Assembly (NCBI GenBank): GCA_947084965.1
Contig: CAMTUG010000001.1
Span: 1,375-65,374 of the forward strand
From: an uncultured Parcubacteria group bacterium
GTDB lineage: Bacteria > Patescibacteriota > Patescibacteriia > UBA9934 > CAMTUG01
Direction: 5' to 3'
DNA: 64,000 nucleotides
Made by a program: the position numbers and the translations under genes. Below are positions 62,863-64,000 of this stretch, piece by piece; position 1 is the stretch's first letter, and each line of letters starts with the position of its first letter. Below the pieces are notes generated by a model. The model was not told the DNA's origin. It made no database searches and saw nothing but the letters and a program-made list of their open reading frames with translations.

Positions 62863-64000
62863 ATGTTTGGGTGGTTTAAGCGTGACAAAACGGTGCCGCA
62901 GGCGGTTGATACTGCTCGTGAACTGTACGTGCGCAATGCCGAATTAGCATCGCGTAATAAGACGTTCGCCTTGCTGCAACGACTGGATGCGATCGCTTTG
63001 GCGAGTTTAGGGACAGCAGAGATGGCCCATGCGATCTCTGAATTGTTGATTAAGGAGTTTAATTATCCGTTTGCCGGGATCGCTCTTGTTGATTCCCGTC
63101 GTCGCGCCTGTCGCTGGATCTCTATCTCCTGTGCAGTCCAGGATCAGTCCATCTGCGACGTCGCGCACTTGAAAAAGATCCCTCTGACGGCCGGCGCGCA
63201 TCCGTGCGTGATCGCAATGAAGACCGGTCGAAGGGTAACGGTGCGCCAACTCGAAACGTTGCTCGGAGGCTCGGCCACAAAGGCGGAGCAGGCCGCGTTT
63301 AAAAAAACGGTCAACGTGCAGAGTTGTTTGGTTTTTCCACTTCTGTCTTCTTCGGGGCCGATGGGGGTTCTTGTTGCTGGATTGAATCGTACAGACAGGG
63401 ATCTGACTAAGTATGAAAAGGAATCATTTGGCGCACTGGCTAACTTGGTGACCGTTGCCTTGGAAAAAGCTCAGACCTTTTCTTCCTTGGTAGAGACGGC
63501 ACGGAATTTGAAGGCTGCGAACGCCAAGCTCACCAAGCTCGATGCCGCCAAGACGGAATTTTTATCGATCGCTTCGCATCAACTGCGTACACCGCTTTCC
63601 ATCATTCGGGGCTACGTGACGATGATGCAGGAGGGGGCATTTGGCAAAACGACCGAACGGCAGGGGGAGGTCGTGGTGAAAATTCGATCGAGCACGGAGT
63701 CTATGATCGAACTGGTCAATCAACTCCTCTCTGTGTCTCGCATCGAGTCAGGGAGGACGACGGTCGAAATCAATCGCATGCATGTCGTCCCTTTGTGCAA
63801 AGAGGTTAAGGACTTTTTATCGCTTCGCGCCAAGGAGCGCGGTCTGACATTGACGTGTGACACACCAAAGATGGCGATGGTGCTCGGTGACACGGCCAAA
63901 GTAAAAGAAGTGATAACCAATTTGGTCGAGAACGCCCTCAAATATACGGATAAAGGATTTGTGCGGGTGAAGTTTTTCGACGAACCACAGTTTGTGCGCG
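62863..64000 (+). CDS. GAF-containing sensor histidine kinase (3' truncated by window edge)
   Basis: Starts MFGWFKRDK. H-box EFLSIASHQLRTPL and N-box NLVENALKYT. It is absent from the ORF track because it has no stop in the window. Confidence 0.9.
   Translation, partial: MFGWFKRDKTVPQAVDTARELYVRNAELASRNKTFALLQRLDAIALASLGTAEMAHAISELLIKEFNYPFAGIALVDSRRRACRWISISCAVQDQSICDVAHLKKIPLTAGAHPCVIAMKTGRRVTVRQLETLLGGSATKAEQAAFKKTVNVQSCLVFPLLSSSGPMGVLVAGLNRTDRDLTKYEKESFGALANLVTVALEKAQTFSSLVETARNLKAANAKLTKLDAAKTEFLSIASHQLRTPLSIIRGYVTMMQEGAFGKTTERQGEVVVKIRSSTESMIELVNQLLSVSRIESGRTTVEINRMHVVPLCKEVKDFLSLRAKERGLTLTCDTPKMAMVLGDTAKVKEVITNLVENALKYTDKGFVRVKFFDEPQFVR

Noticed and set aside
1-64000. CRISPR array or cas genes
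   Set aside because: No regularly spaced direct repeats with unique spacers and no Cas motifs were seen. The repeats present are heptamer tracts or two-copy elements.
1-64000. Alternative genetic code (TGA recoding)
   Set aside because: Conserved genes are full length under code 11, and several end in TGA (for example valS and gmk).

Overview
This is a 64 kb chromosomal segment with the hallmarks of a Candidate Phyla Radiation (Patescibacteria) genome. The taxonomy is inferred from gene content: a DUF4012/GT4 cluster, a VirB2-like Cys-rich pilin, an FG-GAP L,D-transpeptidase, split transketolase, and SD-less starts. It uses genetic code 11. Translation and RNA genes: ileS, trpS, valS, tyrS, argS, rplS, rluD-like, cca, rnj, RNase P RNA and five tRNAs (Ala-TGC, Arg-CCG, Leu-CAG, Ile-TAT, Val-GAC). 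It also has a pentose-phosphate/glycolysis cluster, repair genes (EndoQ-like, ruvA, uvrA), cell-envelope genes and a membrane protein/small protein/histidine kinase trio. No CRISPR array, integrase, transposase or reverse transcriptase was seen. Most notable: (1) a valine T-box upstream of valS with an ultrashort Stem I and an apparent intrinsic terminator; (2) GC-rich solo orphan genes with their own promoters and Shine-Dalgarno sites, two of which share a 3' signature; (3) tRNA-Ile with a UAU anticodon; (4) an NrN-like DHH protein next to a stand-alone HD protein; (5) a 38-bp palindromic element repeated in inverted orientation 7 kb apart; (6) heptamer arrays, some inserted in-frame in genes; (7) two tiny basic proteins missed by the ORF track. 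Family calls come from motif recognition by eye; no database searches were run.
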